From the NCBI GenBank assembly GCA_051439605.1, contig JBFRWN010000008.1, positions 1-29,564 of the forward strand: 29,564 bases of DNA. The letters run 5' to 3'. The translations under genes were made by a program, and so were the position numbers. The DNA comes from Synechococcus sp. (lineage in GTDB: Bacteria > Cyanobacteriota > Cyanobacteriia > Thermostichales > PCC-7336). The notes beneath the pieces were generated by a model. The model did not search any database. It had not been told where the DNA came from and was given only the letters and a program-made list of their open reading frames with translations. Position 1 is the stretch's first letter. Every line of letters begins with the position of its first letter. Below, piece by piece: positions 18,165 to 28,910 of this stretch.

Positions 18165-19307
18165 GTGAAGTTTATCGATCGCGCCACAATTGCCGTCAAA
18201 GCCGGGGATGGTGGAGATGGCATGGTGGCTTTCCGCCGCGAAAAATATATTCCAGCTGGCGGGCCATCTGGGGGCAATGGAGGACGGGGCGGATCGGTTG
18301 TATTAGTTGGCGACAGTAACCTTCAGACTCTCTTAGACTTTCGCTTTCAGCGCCTGTACGCAGCAGACGATGGAGGTAAAGGCGGCCCTAAAAATATGAC
18401 GGGGAGAGGAGGAAAAGCGCTTGAAATCTTAGTTCCCTGCGGAACGGTGGTGTTTGACGCCAAAACCGATGAATTTTTGGGGGACATTACCGAACCTGGC
18501 CAACAGCTCTGTGTGGCCAAAGGTGGAGCAGGGGGCATGGGAAATGCTCATTTCCTCAGTAACCGCAATCGTGCTCCGGAAAGAATGACGGAGGGTAAGC
18601 CTGGTGAAGAGCGCCAGCTACAGCTTGAACTCAAGTTGTTGGCCGAGATTGGCATTATTGGGTTGCCCAATGCCGGTAAATCCACCCTGATTTCCGTACT
18701 ATCGTCCGCCCGCCCCAAAGTGGCCGACTATCCTTTCACAACCCTGGTGCCCAACTTAGGGGTGGTGCGTCGCCCCTCTGGGGATGGAGTGGTGTTCGCA
18801 GACATTCCTGGTCTGATCGAAGGGGCCCATGAAGGAGTTGGGTTGGGGTATGAATTCTTGCGCCATATCGAACGCACCCGTCTTTTGGTTCACCTAGTGG
18901 ATGCAAGTGAGGAAGATCCAGTTAGCAGTTATCTGACCATTCAAGCGGAACTGCAGTCTTACGATCGCGGCTTGCCCCACAAGCAACAGATTGTCGTGTT
19001 GAACAAAGTTGATGCCGTTCCCCCTGAAGAATTGGCCCGGAAGCAACAACACATGCAGGAGGCTTCTAGGGCAGACGTTCTGACCGTTTCTGCGGTCACC
19101 CGACAGGGGTGCGAATTTCTCAAGCAAGAGGTTTTTAACCAGCTCGATCGCCTGAAAGCGATCGTGGCAGAACAGGAGCTAGACCCCAATCCAATAGAGG
19201 ATTTGCGTCGCACTCCCTCTGAGTTGGCGGCAGGAGCAGAAGACGGGAATATGGGGGCGGAATCTGCCGACATAGAAATCTATTACATGCACCGATCCAT
19301 GAGCTGA
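18165..19307 (+). CDS. obgE: GTPase ObgE/CgtA
   Basis: [45 protein letters not shown] and NKVD motifs. Confidence 0.98.
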   Translation: MKFIDRATIAVKAGDGGDGMVAFRREKYIPAGGPSGGNGGRGGSVVLVGDSNLQTLLDFRFQRLYAADDGGKGGPKNMTGRGGKALEILVPCGTVVFDAKTDEFLGDITEPGQQLCVAKGGAGGMGNAHFLSNRNRAPERMTEGKPGEERQLQLELKLLAEIGIIGLPNAGKSTLISVLSSARPKVADYPFTTLVPNLGVVRRPSGDGVVFADIPGLIEGAHEGVGLGYEFLRHIERTRLLVHLVDASEEDPVSSYLTIQAELQSYDRGLPHKQQIVVLNKVDAVPPEELARKQQHMQEASRADVLTVSAVTRQGCEFLKQEVFNQLDRLKAIVAEQELDPNPIEDLRRTPSELAAGAEDGNMGAESADIEIYYMHRSMS

Positions 19308-19422
19308 AGAGGGGGATTTTAGAAAGGAATGCCAAATATCTTGTGCAGTTCCCTGGTCATTGGGGAGTAGAGCCTTAGAATTGTTCCAGTGATTATCCTT
19401 AATACTGGAGCCAGTTCCCATA

Positions 19423-22380
19423 ATGAGTTCTGCCCCCAATTCCTTAGCGACAGACCGTTCCACCGCAGAAACTCCAGCTCAAACGATCGTGTCTAACGAT
19501 CCGTTACTATCCCAGCGCCTGCGCTTGATCGAGGAGCTGTGGGAGACTGTGCTGCTTCAGGAGTGCGGACAAAAATTAGTCGATCTGCTCAAGCAACTGC
19601 GGCAGATGTGTTCCCCAGAGGGACAAGCCCCTGAATATCCCGCTGCAGAAGTGCTCGAGATCGTTCACGATCTCGAGCTGAAAGAAGCCATCCAAGCCTC
19701 GCGCGCATTTGCTCTCTTTTTCCAGCTGATCAACATTACCGAGCAGCATTACGACCAAGCGGTTCGCACCAGTCGCGATCGCATTGGGGGCAATGTCCCC
19801 GACGAGTTGCCCAAGACCCACAAGCAAGAACGCTTCAGCGTCTTGTTTCCTTACCTCAAATCTCAACAGATCTCCACAGAACAACTGCAGTCGCTGCTGC
19901 ATGCCCTCGACATTCGGCTAGTGTTCACCGCTCATCCCACCGAGATCGTGCGCCACACCATCCGAGAAAAGCAGCGCGCGCTATCCAAGCTGTTAGATAC
20001 CTTCGATCGCCTCAAGGACCCAGTGGGCTGGGAGGCCAAGGTGCTGCGGCAACAGCTATTTGAAGAAATCCTCCTGTGGTGGCGCACAGATGAACTGCAC
20101 CAGTTCAAACCCACCGTCCTGGATGAAGTGGATTACACCCTGCACTATTTCGAGGAGGTGCTGTTTAACGCCGTACCGTTGTTGCACGAACGTCTCTCCC
20201 AAACACTCCAATCGGTTTACCCAAACACAGAGGCCCCCAGTTACGATTTCTGCAGCTTCGGCTCTTGGGTGGGTTCCGATCGCGATGGCAACCCCTCTGT
20301 CACCCCAGAGGTGAGCTGGCAAACCGCCTGCTACCAACGTAACCTCGTACTCGACAAGTACATTCAGTCGGTCCGCGATCTGGTTAGAGCCCTGAGCGTG
20401 TCCCTGCACTGGAGTGACGTGGACCAAGAGCTGCTGACGACCTTAGAGCAAGATCAAAGTCAGTTCCCCGAGGTGTACGAATCTCTGTCGCTGAAATTCC
20501 GTCAGGAGCCTTATCGTCTAAAGTTGAGCTACATCCAGCACAAGTTGGAACTGACCCGCGATCGCAACGAACAGCTGGGGAACCCTGACCCCCTTCAACG
20601 GCGGGCGGCGATCGCCACCGGTTACACCAGTGCTGAAGAATTTCTCAACGATCTGCAACTGATTCGTGACAGCCTCAATCGCAGCAGCCTCCGCTGTCGC
20701 CAACTTGAGCAGCTGATCGCCCAGGTGAAGGTGTTTGGGTTTTTCTTAGCCCGCTTGGACGTACGCCAGGACAGCCGCATCCACGAAAAAAGCCTGACAG
20801 AAATATTTAACTATCTGCGGTTATTGCCCAAAGCCTACAAGGAATTGTCCGAGCAAGAGAAAACGACATTCCTAGTTCATGAACTGCAAACTCGCCGCCC
20901 TATCATCCCTGCCGAGTTACCCGCCCCACCCGTTCCTACCACCCTCCCTGGATTTAAACCGGCCGCGGAACCCGAGCCCGATGGTTCTTTCGTCTCTTCG
21001 AAAACTATAGAGGTAGTGGAAACCTTCCGCACCATTCGCGCCCTGCAGCAAGAGTTCGGTCAACCTATTTGCCACACCTATATCATCAGCATGAACCGCT
21101 GTAGCAGCGACATGTTAGAAGTGTTGCTGTTTGCCAAAGAAGCGGGCATCTACGAACCTATTTCTGCGTCGGGTAGTCTCTCGGTGGTGCCGCTGTTCGA
21201 AACGGTGGACGATCTGAAACGGGCTCCTGCAGTTATGGAGGAAATGTTCCAACTGCCCTTCTACCGCGAGTACCTCCGCTCTCGCAATGACCTGCAAGAG
21301 GTCATGCTGGGCTATTCCGATAGCAACAAAGACTCAGGGTTCCTTAGCAGCAACTGGGAAATTTACAAAGCCCAGCAGTCCCTGCAAGTGGTAGCTGAAA
21401 AATTCGGCTTGAAGCTGCGTATCTTTCACGGGAGAGGGGGCTCTGTGGGTCGGGGGGGGGGCCCGGCCTACGAGGCTATCTTGGCTCAGCCGGGTCGCAG
21501 CATCGGCGGTCGCATCAAGATTACCGAACAGGGGGAAGTCTTGGCCTCTAAATACTCGTTGCTGGATGCTGCTGTCTACAACCTCGAAACCGTAACCAGC
21601 GCCGTAGTGCAATCTAGCCTGCTAGCCACCTACGGAGATGGGGAAGAAGAATGGCTACAGCAGATGGAGAATTTAGCGACCCGATCGCGCCAAGAATACC
21701 GCTCGTTGGTATACGAAACCCCTGGCTTCTTGGAGTTTTTCCTGGAGGCCACCCCCATAGAGGAAATTAGCAAGCTGCAAATCAGCTCTCGCCCCAGTCG
21801 CCGCAACACCCAGAAAAAAGACCTGGATGGACTGCGGGCCATCCCTTGGGTGTTTAGCTGGACCCAAAGTCGCTTCCTACTTCCCTCTTGGTATGGGGTA
21901 GGGACTGCTCTGAAATCCTTTATCGAACAGGAACCCGCAGCCAATCTAGACTATTTGCGCAATTTGTATCGTTCGTGGCCCTTCTTCAAAACGGTGATTT
22001 CCAAAGTGGAGATGACCTTAGCCAAGGTGGATATGCAAATTGCCCGCCATTACATGCGAGAGCTGGTGTCCGATCGTAATCGGGAGAAAGACGAGCAGCT
22101 GTTCGAGCGTATTTCAGAAGAAATGACCTGCACCCGCGACATCGTTCTGGCGATCGCCCAACACGAAGACTTGCTAGATGGAGATGCCCAGTTGCAACGT
22201 TCTGTCCGCTTGCGCAATAGCTCCATCGTGCCGTTGGGCTTTCTACAGGTGTCTCTGCTCAAGCGTCTGCGTCAGCATCAAAAACCCGGTTCTCAGTCCC
22301 GTCACAGCCGTTCCGAATTGCTAAGGGGGGCATTGCTGACCATCAACGGTATTGCTGCAGGGATGAGAAATACCGGGTAG
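19423..22380 (+). CDS. ppc: Phosphoenolpyruvate carboxylase
   Basis: [59 protein letters not shown] and terminal [10 protein letters not shown]. Confidence 0.99.
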   Translation: MSSAPNSLATDRSTAETPAQTIVSNDPLLSQRLRLIEELWETVLLQECGQKLVDLLKQLRQMCSPEGQAPEYPAAEVLEIVHDLELKEAIQASRAFALFFQLINITEQHYDQAVRTSRDRIGGNVPDELPKTHKQERFSVLFPYLKSQQISTEQLQSLLHALDIRLVFTAHPTEIVRHTIREKQRALSKLLDTFDRLKDPVGWEAKVLRQQLFEEILLWWRTDELHQFKPTVLDEVDYTLHYFEEVLFNAVPLLHERLSQTLQSVYPNTEAPSYDFCSFGSWVGSDRDGNPSVTPEVSWQTACYQRNLVLDKYIQSVRDLVRALSVSLHWSDVDQELLTTLEQDQSQFPEVYESLSLKFRQEPYRLKLSYIQHKLELTRDRNEQLGNPDPLQRRAAIATGYTSAEEFLNDLQLIRDSLNRSSLRCRQLEQLIAQVKVFGFFLARLDVRQDSRIHEKSLTEIFNYLRLLPKAYKELSEQEKTTFLVHELQTRRPIIPAELPAPPVPTTLPGFKPAAEPEPDGSFVSSKTIEVVETFRTIRALQQEFGQPICHTYIISMNRCSSDMLEVLLFAKEAGIYEPISASGSLSVVPLFETVDDLKRAPAVMEEMFQLPFYREYLRSRNDLQEVMLGYSDSNKDSGFLSSNWEIYKAQQSLQVVAEKFGLKLRIFHGRGGSVGRGGGPAYEAILAQPGRSIGGRIKITEQGEVLASKYSLLDAAVYNLETVTSAVVQSSLLATYGDGEEEWLQQMENLATRSRQEYRSLVYETPGFLEFFLEATPIEEISKLQISSRPSRRNTQKKDLDGLRAIPWVFSWTQSRFLLPSWYGVGTALKSFIEQEPAANLDYLRNLYRSWPFFKTVISKVEMTLAKVDMQIARHYMRELVSDRNREKDEQLFERISEEMTCTRDIVLAIAQHEDLLDGDAQLQRSVRLRNSSIVPLGFLQVSLLKRLRQHQKPGSQSRHSRSELLRGALLTINGIAAGMRNTG

Positions 22381-22534
22381 CGCATTTCATTGAAAAAAAG
22401 CAGCCAAAACAGCCGACTTTATTCATCTGTCTTGGACCTGCTGCGAGGGTTGCCGGATAAGGTATTTGCTGGATCGCTCTGGGTCTTGGCTTCAGAGAAT
22501 TGCGGCAGAGGCCTTATTCCTGAATAGGAGGAAT

Positions 22535-23626
22535 TCATTGCGGATGGTTCCAAGGGGAATCCCAGCCATCTCCGCCTACTTCTAGCCCCGCTAGCGAGCT
22601 GCTTTCCTCAAGGACGAGCGTCCAAGTCCCCATTTCCCATTGCCATACCCGCACCCGCAAATATCCGTGTGTGGTATCCCAGCAGTTAAACTGCATCCCA
22701 GCATGGGTGGGCACCATAACGGGAACGGGAATCTCGTCGGTCAAGCCCAGCACCTCCAGCCGATAGCGGCTATCTTGCGCCACAAATAGCCATTTCCCCC
22801 AGGGAGCAACAGACCACCGCTGTTGGCTCGCCTCCGGCATTAACTTGATAGTATGCCGATCCCACTGCAGGTAAACCATCCCCACCGACTGCGGCCACCC
22901 CAGTACCTTTCGAATCCCACCCACGCAGGTAATGGCAAGATCGGGCCTGTTTTCAAACCCGTTGCATTGCATCCAAAACCAGCGGATGGGGAACGCTCCC
23001 CCCCAATTTTTTTCAGCATAGGCAGGTACCCGTTCAAAGTTGAAGGACCGATCTCGCCAAATTACGTAGCCTGTAGCCAATCCCCGATCCATCAAAATTT
23101 GCCATCCTGGCTCGAACACAGGGAAATAAGACAGCCAGCCCATAGTTGCATCTGGAGTCCGCCAGCCACCTTTTACTAGGGGGTCAACCCGGTATCGCCA
23201 CCGAATCGATTCACCGGAGGGGAGGCGAAATTTGCCCTGATTGAGGCGATCGCTGACTTGATAGCCAAATGGAATCGCACGTTCAAATTGGTCGGGGGGC
23301 AATTCCTTTACAGACAACGAGCGACGTGCCAGCAACGAGGGTTTTCGTCCCCAATGGCCAAGGGCAAGGCGTTCGCGCTCTCCCCAAAATAAGCAACAGT
23401 CCGGCAGCGAGCGCCAAACCAACCGATCTCCCGGTCCCAAAACCTGCATCATGCCGCCGCTGCGATCGCTGTTGCCCCTCGGATCTTCAATCGAATACAT
23501 GAAGGCAAAGCTTTCTTCAATTTCGGGGATTGTGATGCGGAAATACCAGCCTTCGAAGAAATTACGTGGTCTCCCCTGACCGTGATAGCCCACATGGGGA
23601 ACTTCGCCTGAAGTGTTTGCAGACAT
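22535..23626 (-). CDS. Tocopherol cyclase (VTE1/Slr1737 family)
   Basis: PHxGYH, FFEGWYFR, FAFMYSIEDP, VFEPGWQILM, YAEKNWGGAFP, WFWMQCN and LEVGG motifs. Start probably ATG 23626 or 23632. Confidence 0.93.
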   Translation of the reverse strand: MSANTSGEVPHVGYHGQGRPRNFFEGWYFRITIPEIEESFAFMYSIEDPRGNSDRSGGMMQVLGPGDRLVWRSLPDCCLFWGERERLALGHWGRKPSLLARRSLSVKELPPDQFERAIPFGYQVSDRLNQGKFRLPSGESIRWRYRVDPLVKGGWRTPDATMGWLSYFPVFEPGWQILMDRGLATGYVIWRDRSFNFERVPAYAEKNWGGAFPIRWFWMQCNGFENRPDLAITCVGGIRKVLGWPQSVGMVYLQWDRHTIKLMPEASQQRWSVAPWGKWLFVAQDSRYRLEVLGLTDEIPVPVMVPTHAGMQFNCWDTTHGYLRVRVWQWEMGTWTLVLEESSSLAGLEVGGDGWDSPWNHPQ

Positions 23627-23852
23627 CAACATCGAAAATACCAACCGTAAAGATACAAACTGTCGAAGTTACAAACTGAGCGATCTACCACCCATCAAGA
23701 CCCGCATCAGCTCTAGCAACCGATCGAAACCATTACATCGATCCCGAGGAGAGATTTTGCCTCGAAAATGGCGGTCATTCTGTGGCGGGAAAGCCCATCA
23801 GTTGGGTGCTAAATGCCGTATGGTACAGGGGTTACTGCCACCTAAAAACGCC

Positions 23853-25286
23853 ATGGCCGACGTCAAAATTCTGTTTGCAGCCGCAGAAGCTGCCCCCATT
23901 GCCAAAGCTGGAGGAATGGCCGACGTTGTGGGTTCGCTACCAAGCGTATTACGGAAACAGGGCGTCGATGTGCGCATCATCCTGCCGTTCTACGGATTTC
24001 TGTGGGAGGAGGAGCAGTTCCTAGACTGCATCAAGCAAGGCCCGATCTGGTCTGCCACTGTGATGGAAACCACCTGTAATGTCTACGAGACTGTCCTGCC
24101 CGGTACGAATGTCCCCCTGTATTTGGTTGAGCATTATGCCTTTGCCCCCCATCGTATCTATGGAGGGGAGGACGAACAGTGGAGATTTACGTTTTTTGCC
24201 AACTCTGTGGCGGAGTTCGCATGGAACCATTGGAAGCCGAATATTATTCACTGCCACGATTGGCATACAGGGATGGTTCCGGTGTGGATGCGGGACACCT
24301 CCGATATCGGCACAGTCTTTACCATCCACAACTTGGCCTACCAGGGGCCGTGGAAATGGATGTTGGAACGCGTGACCTGGCTGCCAGAAAACTTCCACAT
24401 GCACAACACGATGGCCGCAGCAATCGCCTATGCCGATCAGGTCACCACCGTGTCTCCCACCTATGCCAGCGAAATTCGTACCCCCGAGCATGGCGAAAAT
24501 CTGAATCAGTTACTGTCCGAGATCGGATTGCGCCTACACGGTGTCCTCAACGGCTTGGATGTTGAACGGTTCAACCCCGCAACCGATCCCGCCTTAGCCA
24601 AGACTTACAGCTCCGATCTGCTGGAGCTACGTCCTGCCAATAAAATCGCGCTGCAGAAAGAGGCGGGATTACCCCCCAATTCCGATGCATTCTTAATGGG
24701 AATGGTCTCTAGGTTAGTGGAGCAAAAGGGGCTCCACCTGATGCTGCAGGCGGTCGATCGCTTCTTGTCCTACAGCGATGCGCAATTGGTTGTCTTGGGC
24801 AGCGGAGAATCCTATTACGAAGGCAAGTTGCAGGAGATGAGCGATCGCTGGGGCGATCGGGTAGCCTTTTTCTCTAAATTCGATCCCCATCTGGCCCAAA
24901 GAATATACGCCGGTGCCGATGCGTTTCTGATGCCCAGCCGTTTCGAGCCCTGTGGCATCAGTCAAATGATTGCTCTGCGGTACGGGTGCGTACCAATCGT
25001 CCGCCGGACGGGTGGCCTCGTGGATACCGTTTCCCACCACAACCCGCGAACAGGGGAGGGGACTGGCTACTGCTTCGATCGCTACGAGGGCTTAGATTTC
25101 TTCACTGCGATCGTTAGAGCTTGGGAGGGATTCCAATATAAGGACGCCTGGGCTGCGTTGCAGAAGCGGGGGATGAACCAAGACTTTAGCTGGACAAGAT
25201 CGGCTGAGGAATATATCCGTATTTATGGCTATGTCATGAATATGGACCTGCAAGCAGTTCTTGCCAAGGAAGCCGTCGCTATTTAA
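23853..25286 (+). CDS. glgA: Glycogen synthase
   Basis: KILFAAAEAAPIAKAGGMADV (KxGG), IIHCHDWHTG, FTIHNLAYQG, SRLVEQKG and MPSRFEPCGISQ. Start probably ATG 23853 (or 23820), not 23613. Confidence 0.97.
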   Translation: MADVKILFAAAEAAPIAKAGGMADVVGSLPSVLRKQGVDVRIILPFYGFLWEEEQFLDCIKQGPIWSATVMETTCNVYETVLPGTNVPLYLVEHYAFAPHRIYGGEDEQWRFTFFANSVAEFAWNHWKPNIIHCHDWHTGMVPVWMRDTSDIGTVFTIHNLAYQGPWKWMLERVTWLPENFHMHNTMAAAIAYADQVTTVSPTYASEIRTPEHGENLNQLLSEIGLRLHGVLNGLDVERFNPATDPALAKTYSSDLLELRPANKIALQKEAGLPPNSDAFLMGMVSRLVEQKGLHLMLQAVDRFLSYSDAQLVVLGSGESYYEGKLQEMSDRWGDRVAFFSKFDPHLAQRIYAGADAFLMPSRFEPCGISQMIALRYGCVPIVRRTGGLVDTVSHHNPRTGEGTGYCFDRYEGLDFFTAIVRAWEGFQYKDAWAALQKRGMNQDFSWTRSAEEYIRIYGYVMNMDLQAVLAKEAVAI

Positions 25287-25373
25287 AAAAAGTTCTGCAT
25301 TCTCCTTTCTCACAGCTATCAGTTGGCTATCGCTATAGGCGGAACGCAGATACTTCTGATTGAGAAGGGGATG

Positions 25374-26324
25374 CTATCCGATCGCCCGAACAATCAGCCA
25401 AAGGGTGTAGGCCAGATACAGACCCACCATAACCAGTCCTTCCATGCGCGAGATTTGCTTATTCGTTAGCACCAGAGGAAACAGCAGCAGGGTCGCCATC
25501 ACCATCCAGGGAAGGTCAAATAGAGCTAACTCTCGGGCCACCCGCAGCGGATGAACCAGCCCAGCAATCCCCAAGATGCCCAGTAAGTTAAAGATATTGC
25601 TGCCTAGGGCATTGCCGATGGCAAGATCCCCTTCTCCTTTCACCGCAGCCATTGTGGAGGTCATCAACTCAGGGAGCGAAGTTCCTATCGCCACGATGGT
25701 CAGACCAATAATGGTTTGGGAGATCCCTAGACTGAGGGCAATTGCTGAAGCTCCCTTGACCACCAGTTGCGATCCACCAATCAGCAAAGCAATCCCGATG
25801 CTTACATAAAGAAATGACATTGGGGTGCTGGTTTCTTTGCCGATTCCTTCGTCATATTCTTCGTGAATGAGTGCTGGCTCGGCTCGTGCAGCCCAATAGC
25901 TGTAGCCGATAAAGGCTAGCAATCCCACTAGCAGTACCGCTGCCTCAGGTCGATTGATCTGTAGACCCACTCGGGCTAAGACCGTGGCAACAGCCGTTAC
26001 AGAAAACAGAATGGGTAGCTCGCGCGAGAGCAAGCTCATGGAAGTTTTGATGGGGGCGATCGCTGCGGGGATGCCGATGGCCACCAGAATGTTAAAGATA
26101 TTGCTACCCACCACATTGGCAACGGCGATATCGCTATTCCCTTGCAAGCCCGCTACCACACTGACCCCCAATTCTGGAGAGGAGGTGCCAAAAGCCACCA
26201 CCGTTAAGCCAATGATTAGAGGGGGAATAGACAATTTACGGGCTAAGCTTGCAGCGCCACGTACAACCCCCTCTCCCCCAATTACTAGGAGAGCAAAGCC
26301 CAACGCCAACCAAATCAAACCCAC
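25374..26324 (-). CDS. Calcium/sodium antiporter (YrbG-like, CaCA family)
   Basis: Internally duplicated GLTVVAFGTSSPE..NVVGSNIFN and GLTIVAIGTSLPE..NALGSNIFN. Confidence 0.93.
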   Translation of the reverse strand: MGLIWLALGFALLVIGGEGVVRGAASLARKLSIPPLIIGLTVVAFGTSSPELGVSVVAGLQGNSDIAVANVVGSNIFNILVAIGIPAAIAPIKTSMSLLSRELPILFSVTAVATVLARVGLQINRPEAAVLLVGLLAFIGYSYWAARAEPALIHEEYDEGIGKETSTPMSFLYVSIGIALLIGGSQLVVKGASAIALSLGISQTIIGLTIVAIGTSLPELMTSTMAAVKGEGDLAIGNALGSNIFNLLGILGIAGLVHPLRVARELALFDLPWMVMATLLLFPLVLTNKQISRMEGLVMVGLYLAYTLWLIVRAIG

Positions 26325-26676
26325 TCGCTAGTTGCCCCGAAATCGATCGCTGCAGCAGAAATACAGCTTGAATGACTCATTGTCTATTGCATTGGATGTC
26401 TCCCACAAGAGCATCTAGCTATTCGTTGCAAACTAGGGCTCCGTAACCTAGTGGATGTACGGTTCCTAACAGCAAACTCAAAGATATTACCCCACAAAAT
26501 TGCCTCATTCTCCACGAACTCCTGCGGAACCCTGCACAGCCCCACCCCCCTGTTTGATACAAGAACGGGAGTTATAGAAGATGCTGGCCCGAGTGGTGGT
26601 GACGTTCTGCGATCGCTCTACAGCAAAGGGGAGGAAGAGGAGTATGGTTGAGGATGCGTTTTGGGGATGTGAAACC

Positions 26677-27297
26677 ATGAAGGGGATCGCCAACTGGTTC
26701 ATTCGCTGCGGTTTGCTCCTGCTGTTGATGGTTGGAGTTTCAGCTTGTGGTGAGAATGCGCCGAAATCGGTGGTCGAGACGGCCCTGCAATATGAGATGG
26801 CTCGTGCAGGGGACATTCCCAACACGTTGGTGGGGCACGAGCTGCTCAACAGTTGGACCACTATTCGCGCAGTAAAAGTGCAATCCCAGAAACACATTAG
26901 GATTGCAGCTGATGGAGAAACCTATTCTGGTGTGGACGTCCGTGGCACCTACCGGTTGGCGGTGCGCCCCCCCAATCGTAAGTCCCGCTATCAGCGAACC
27001 AATCCCTTTGTCATGACATTGGCTCGTCGGGTCGATCCCGAGAGCGAGCTAGATCGCTGGTTGCTCGCCCATCCTAGTCCGCCAACGAGTTCTGAGGAGG
27101 GCTTCACATGGAGGCTTGTGGATTTTTTGCCGCAACCCGATCCCCAACTCGACCCTCAGCCACCCTCCCCCAACTCATCACAACAAGCAGACCAGCCTAA
27201 GAACGATGATATGGATGGTTTGAATCAGATATCTTCAATCCAGTCCGTACAAGGAGTGTTGTCAGTGACAGGAGCTACTGCACCTGAGCAGCTGTAG
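26677..27297 (+). CDS. Hypothetical lipoprotein with a Pro/Gln-rich tail
   Basis: MKGIANWFIRCGLLLLLMVGVSA-C lipoprotein signal, a compact alpha+beta core and a low-complexity C-terminus. Confidence 0.7.
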   Translation: MKGIANWFIRCGLLLLLMVGVSACGENAPKSVVETALQYEMARAGDIPNTLVGHELLNSWTTIRAVKVQSQKHIRIAADGETYSGVDVRGTYRLAVRPPNRKSRYQRTNPFVMTLARRVDPESELDRWLLAHPSPPTSSEEGFTWRLVDFLPQPDPQLDPQPPSPNSSQQADQPKNDDMDGLNQISSIQSVQGVLSVTGATAPEQL

Positions 27298-27520
27298 CCA
27301 TCCAATCGGGCGTAGCGACGATCCTAGCGCTTCCTCTAGATAGATGCTGACAACGAGTCCCGTCATGCCTGCGATTTGTCCACGTTTGTGCTTCGCTGTT
27401 ACCCACCCCAAAAAGGAACTTTCATTACAAATTGTAGTCATCAGTTTCTAGCGCATTCACACTACTCATTACCTAGCAACGACCTATTACTAACTTGTCC
27501 TCAGAGGCTAATATTTTTCC

Positions 27521-28594
27521 ATGAATGCTTGTGTCGGATTTCTGCGCCATTTCTTAGTGGGCACTCTTGCAGTTGGTCTATCCTTTACTCCTCTGTTTCT
27601 CTTGCCGGTGCCAGTGAGAGCCCAACGAGTGACCAGCCCCAGTCCCAGCATTGGTGCGGAGGATGTAGAACCCTCTTCAGCCATCTCCGCAACCTTCAAA
27701 GCGGAGTCTGGAATTACCGTCCTACCAGAAACTGTCAAAGTCTTTGTAGATGACGTAGATGTATCTGGTCAGTCAGTTATCACCTCAGAGTTCTTCAGTT
27801 ATCGGGCGGCTGATGCGCTGACTCCTGGGGAACATGTTGTTCAGTTGGAATTCACCAATTCCGCAGGGCAAGATCGACAGGCCCAATGGTCCTTCACTGT
27901 GGGAGCAGGAGTCGTAGCAGAGATTGAATCGGTTTCTCATAACGCTAGTAACGATCCATTGGCCACCGGCCAGGATTTACTGATCACCGTCAATGGAACC
28001 CCCAGCAGTACTGTGTCCGCTTTTCTTGTCCGGGACGGCGCGACCGTGAAATCTCTATCCATGCAAGAGGTTTCTTCTGGGGTGTACGTAGCGAATTTGA
28101 GGGTGGCAGAGGAAGACTTAACTGACGAAGGAATTGTGGTCGCTCGGTTAGAGCGGGACAGCCAAATTCGCTTTGCCACCGCCGATCTACCGCTGCAGCT
28201 AGTCGCTGAAACTCCGGAAGCTGCAGAAGAAGTAGCTTTAGAGGGAACCGGAGTAGACACAGCCGAGATAACGCCGGAGTTGCTACAACCCAAAATCACC
28301 AGCCACAAGAACGGAGATGGAGTCTCTGGCAGCTCGTTTGAATTGATGGGGACTACAGCACCCAATGCCACCGTGGCGGTCAGCGGGGTTGCATCAAATT
28401 CCTTGGGTGGGTTGATTTCGACAGAGCGATCGCTAACAACACGTTCCGTTCAAGCAGATGATGCAGGGAATTTTAGCATCCAGGTCAGCACGGGGATTCC
28501 CACCATTGCGGGCTCTGTCTATAAGCTTGAAATCGTGGGATCGGCGAGGGGTGTTAGCAGTCCAGTGACCAATCTTGAACTGACCCAAAAGTAG
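27521..28594 (+). CDS. Secreted protein with about three Ig-like beta-sandwich domains
   Basis: Signal peptide ending VRA-Q. Beta-rich patterns VKVFVDDVDV..LTPGEHVVQLE, MQEVSSGVYVANL and ITSHKNGD..GTTAPNATV..ADDAGNFSIQV. Confidence 0.78.
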   Translation: MNACVGFLRHFLVGTLAVGLSFTPLFLLPVPVRAQRVTSPSPSIGAEDVEPSSAISATFKAESGITVLPETVKVFVDDVDVSGQSVITSEFFSYRAADALTPGEHVVQLEFTNSAGQDRQAQWSFTVGAGVVAEIESVSHNASNDPLATGQDLLITVNGTPSSTVSAFLVRDGATVKSLSMQEVSSGVYVANLRVAEEDLTDEGIVVARLERDSQIRFATADLPLQLVAETPEAAEEVALEGTGVDTAEITPELLQPKITSHKNGDGVSGSSFELMGTTAPNATVAVSGVASNSLGGLISTERSLTTRSVQADDAGNFSIQVSTGIPTIAGSVYKLEIVGSARGVSSPVTNLELTQK

Positions 28595-28705
28595 TGCAAT
28601 ACACTTTGGAGTTACCTCCTTCAGGTGAGGGTAATTTCTGCTAAAAATTCCTTCATCCTAAAACTTTTTGGACTTTGGACAATAAAGAGCAGACAGCCCA
28701 CTCTA

Positions 28706-28726
28706 GCGGTTGCTTTCAGCAACCGC
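28706..28726. terminator. Perfect 9-bp hairpin, possible terminator
   Basis: GCGGTTGCT-ttc-AGCAACCGC, about 110 nt after the stop at 28594. No clear U-tract. Confidence 0.4.
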
Positions 28727-28769
28727 CCAAAGAGACAGAATCGCAACTGTTTAGTCAGCTTTCTTGATC

Positions 28770-28910
28770 TAAATTTCTTTGGGTCTCAGACCCCGCAGCT
28801 TGCTGCGATGCGAAAACAGCGTCTGAAAGGTGCTGTAGAGCGAAGCCGACGCGCGAAGCGTGGGAGGCGTAGCGAAGTGACACCCCGTAGCTTGCAGCGG
28901 GGAAGTTCAT
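28770..28910 (+). mobile_element. Non-autonomous IS200/IS605-like palindromic miniature element
   Basis: Two near-identical subterminal hairpins in direct orientation, ACCCCGCAGCTTGCTGCG (28790-28807) and ACCCCGTAGCTTGCAGCG (28882-28899). The second extends to GGGGAAGTTCAT, like an IS200/IS605 right end. No transposase. Left boundary approximate. Confidence 0.65.

Noticed and set aside
19362..19370. GGGGAGTAG resembling the yybP-ykoY riboswitch start
   Set aside because: It lies upstream of ppc rather than a cation transporter, and the rest of the aptamer is missing.
23613..23852. Long N-terminal extension of GlgA (a similar case is AKR 1049-1189)
   Set aside because: An artefact of longest-ORF calling. 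Family similarity begins at the downstream ATG.
26315..26380. 21-codon minus-strand uORF overlapping the antiporter start
   Set aside because: ORFs this short are expected by chance, and the antiporter looks complete from GTG 26324.
3415..28371. Many antisense or alternate-frame ORFs in the track (for example 3761-4234, 5604-6113, 6462-6953, 7282-7851, 24021-24491, 27937-28371)
   Set aside because: They are shadows of well-supported genes, with biased low-complexity composition and no motifs.
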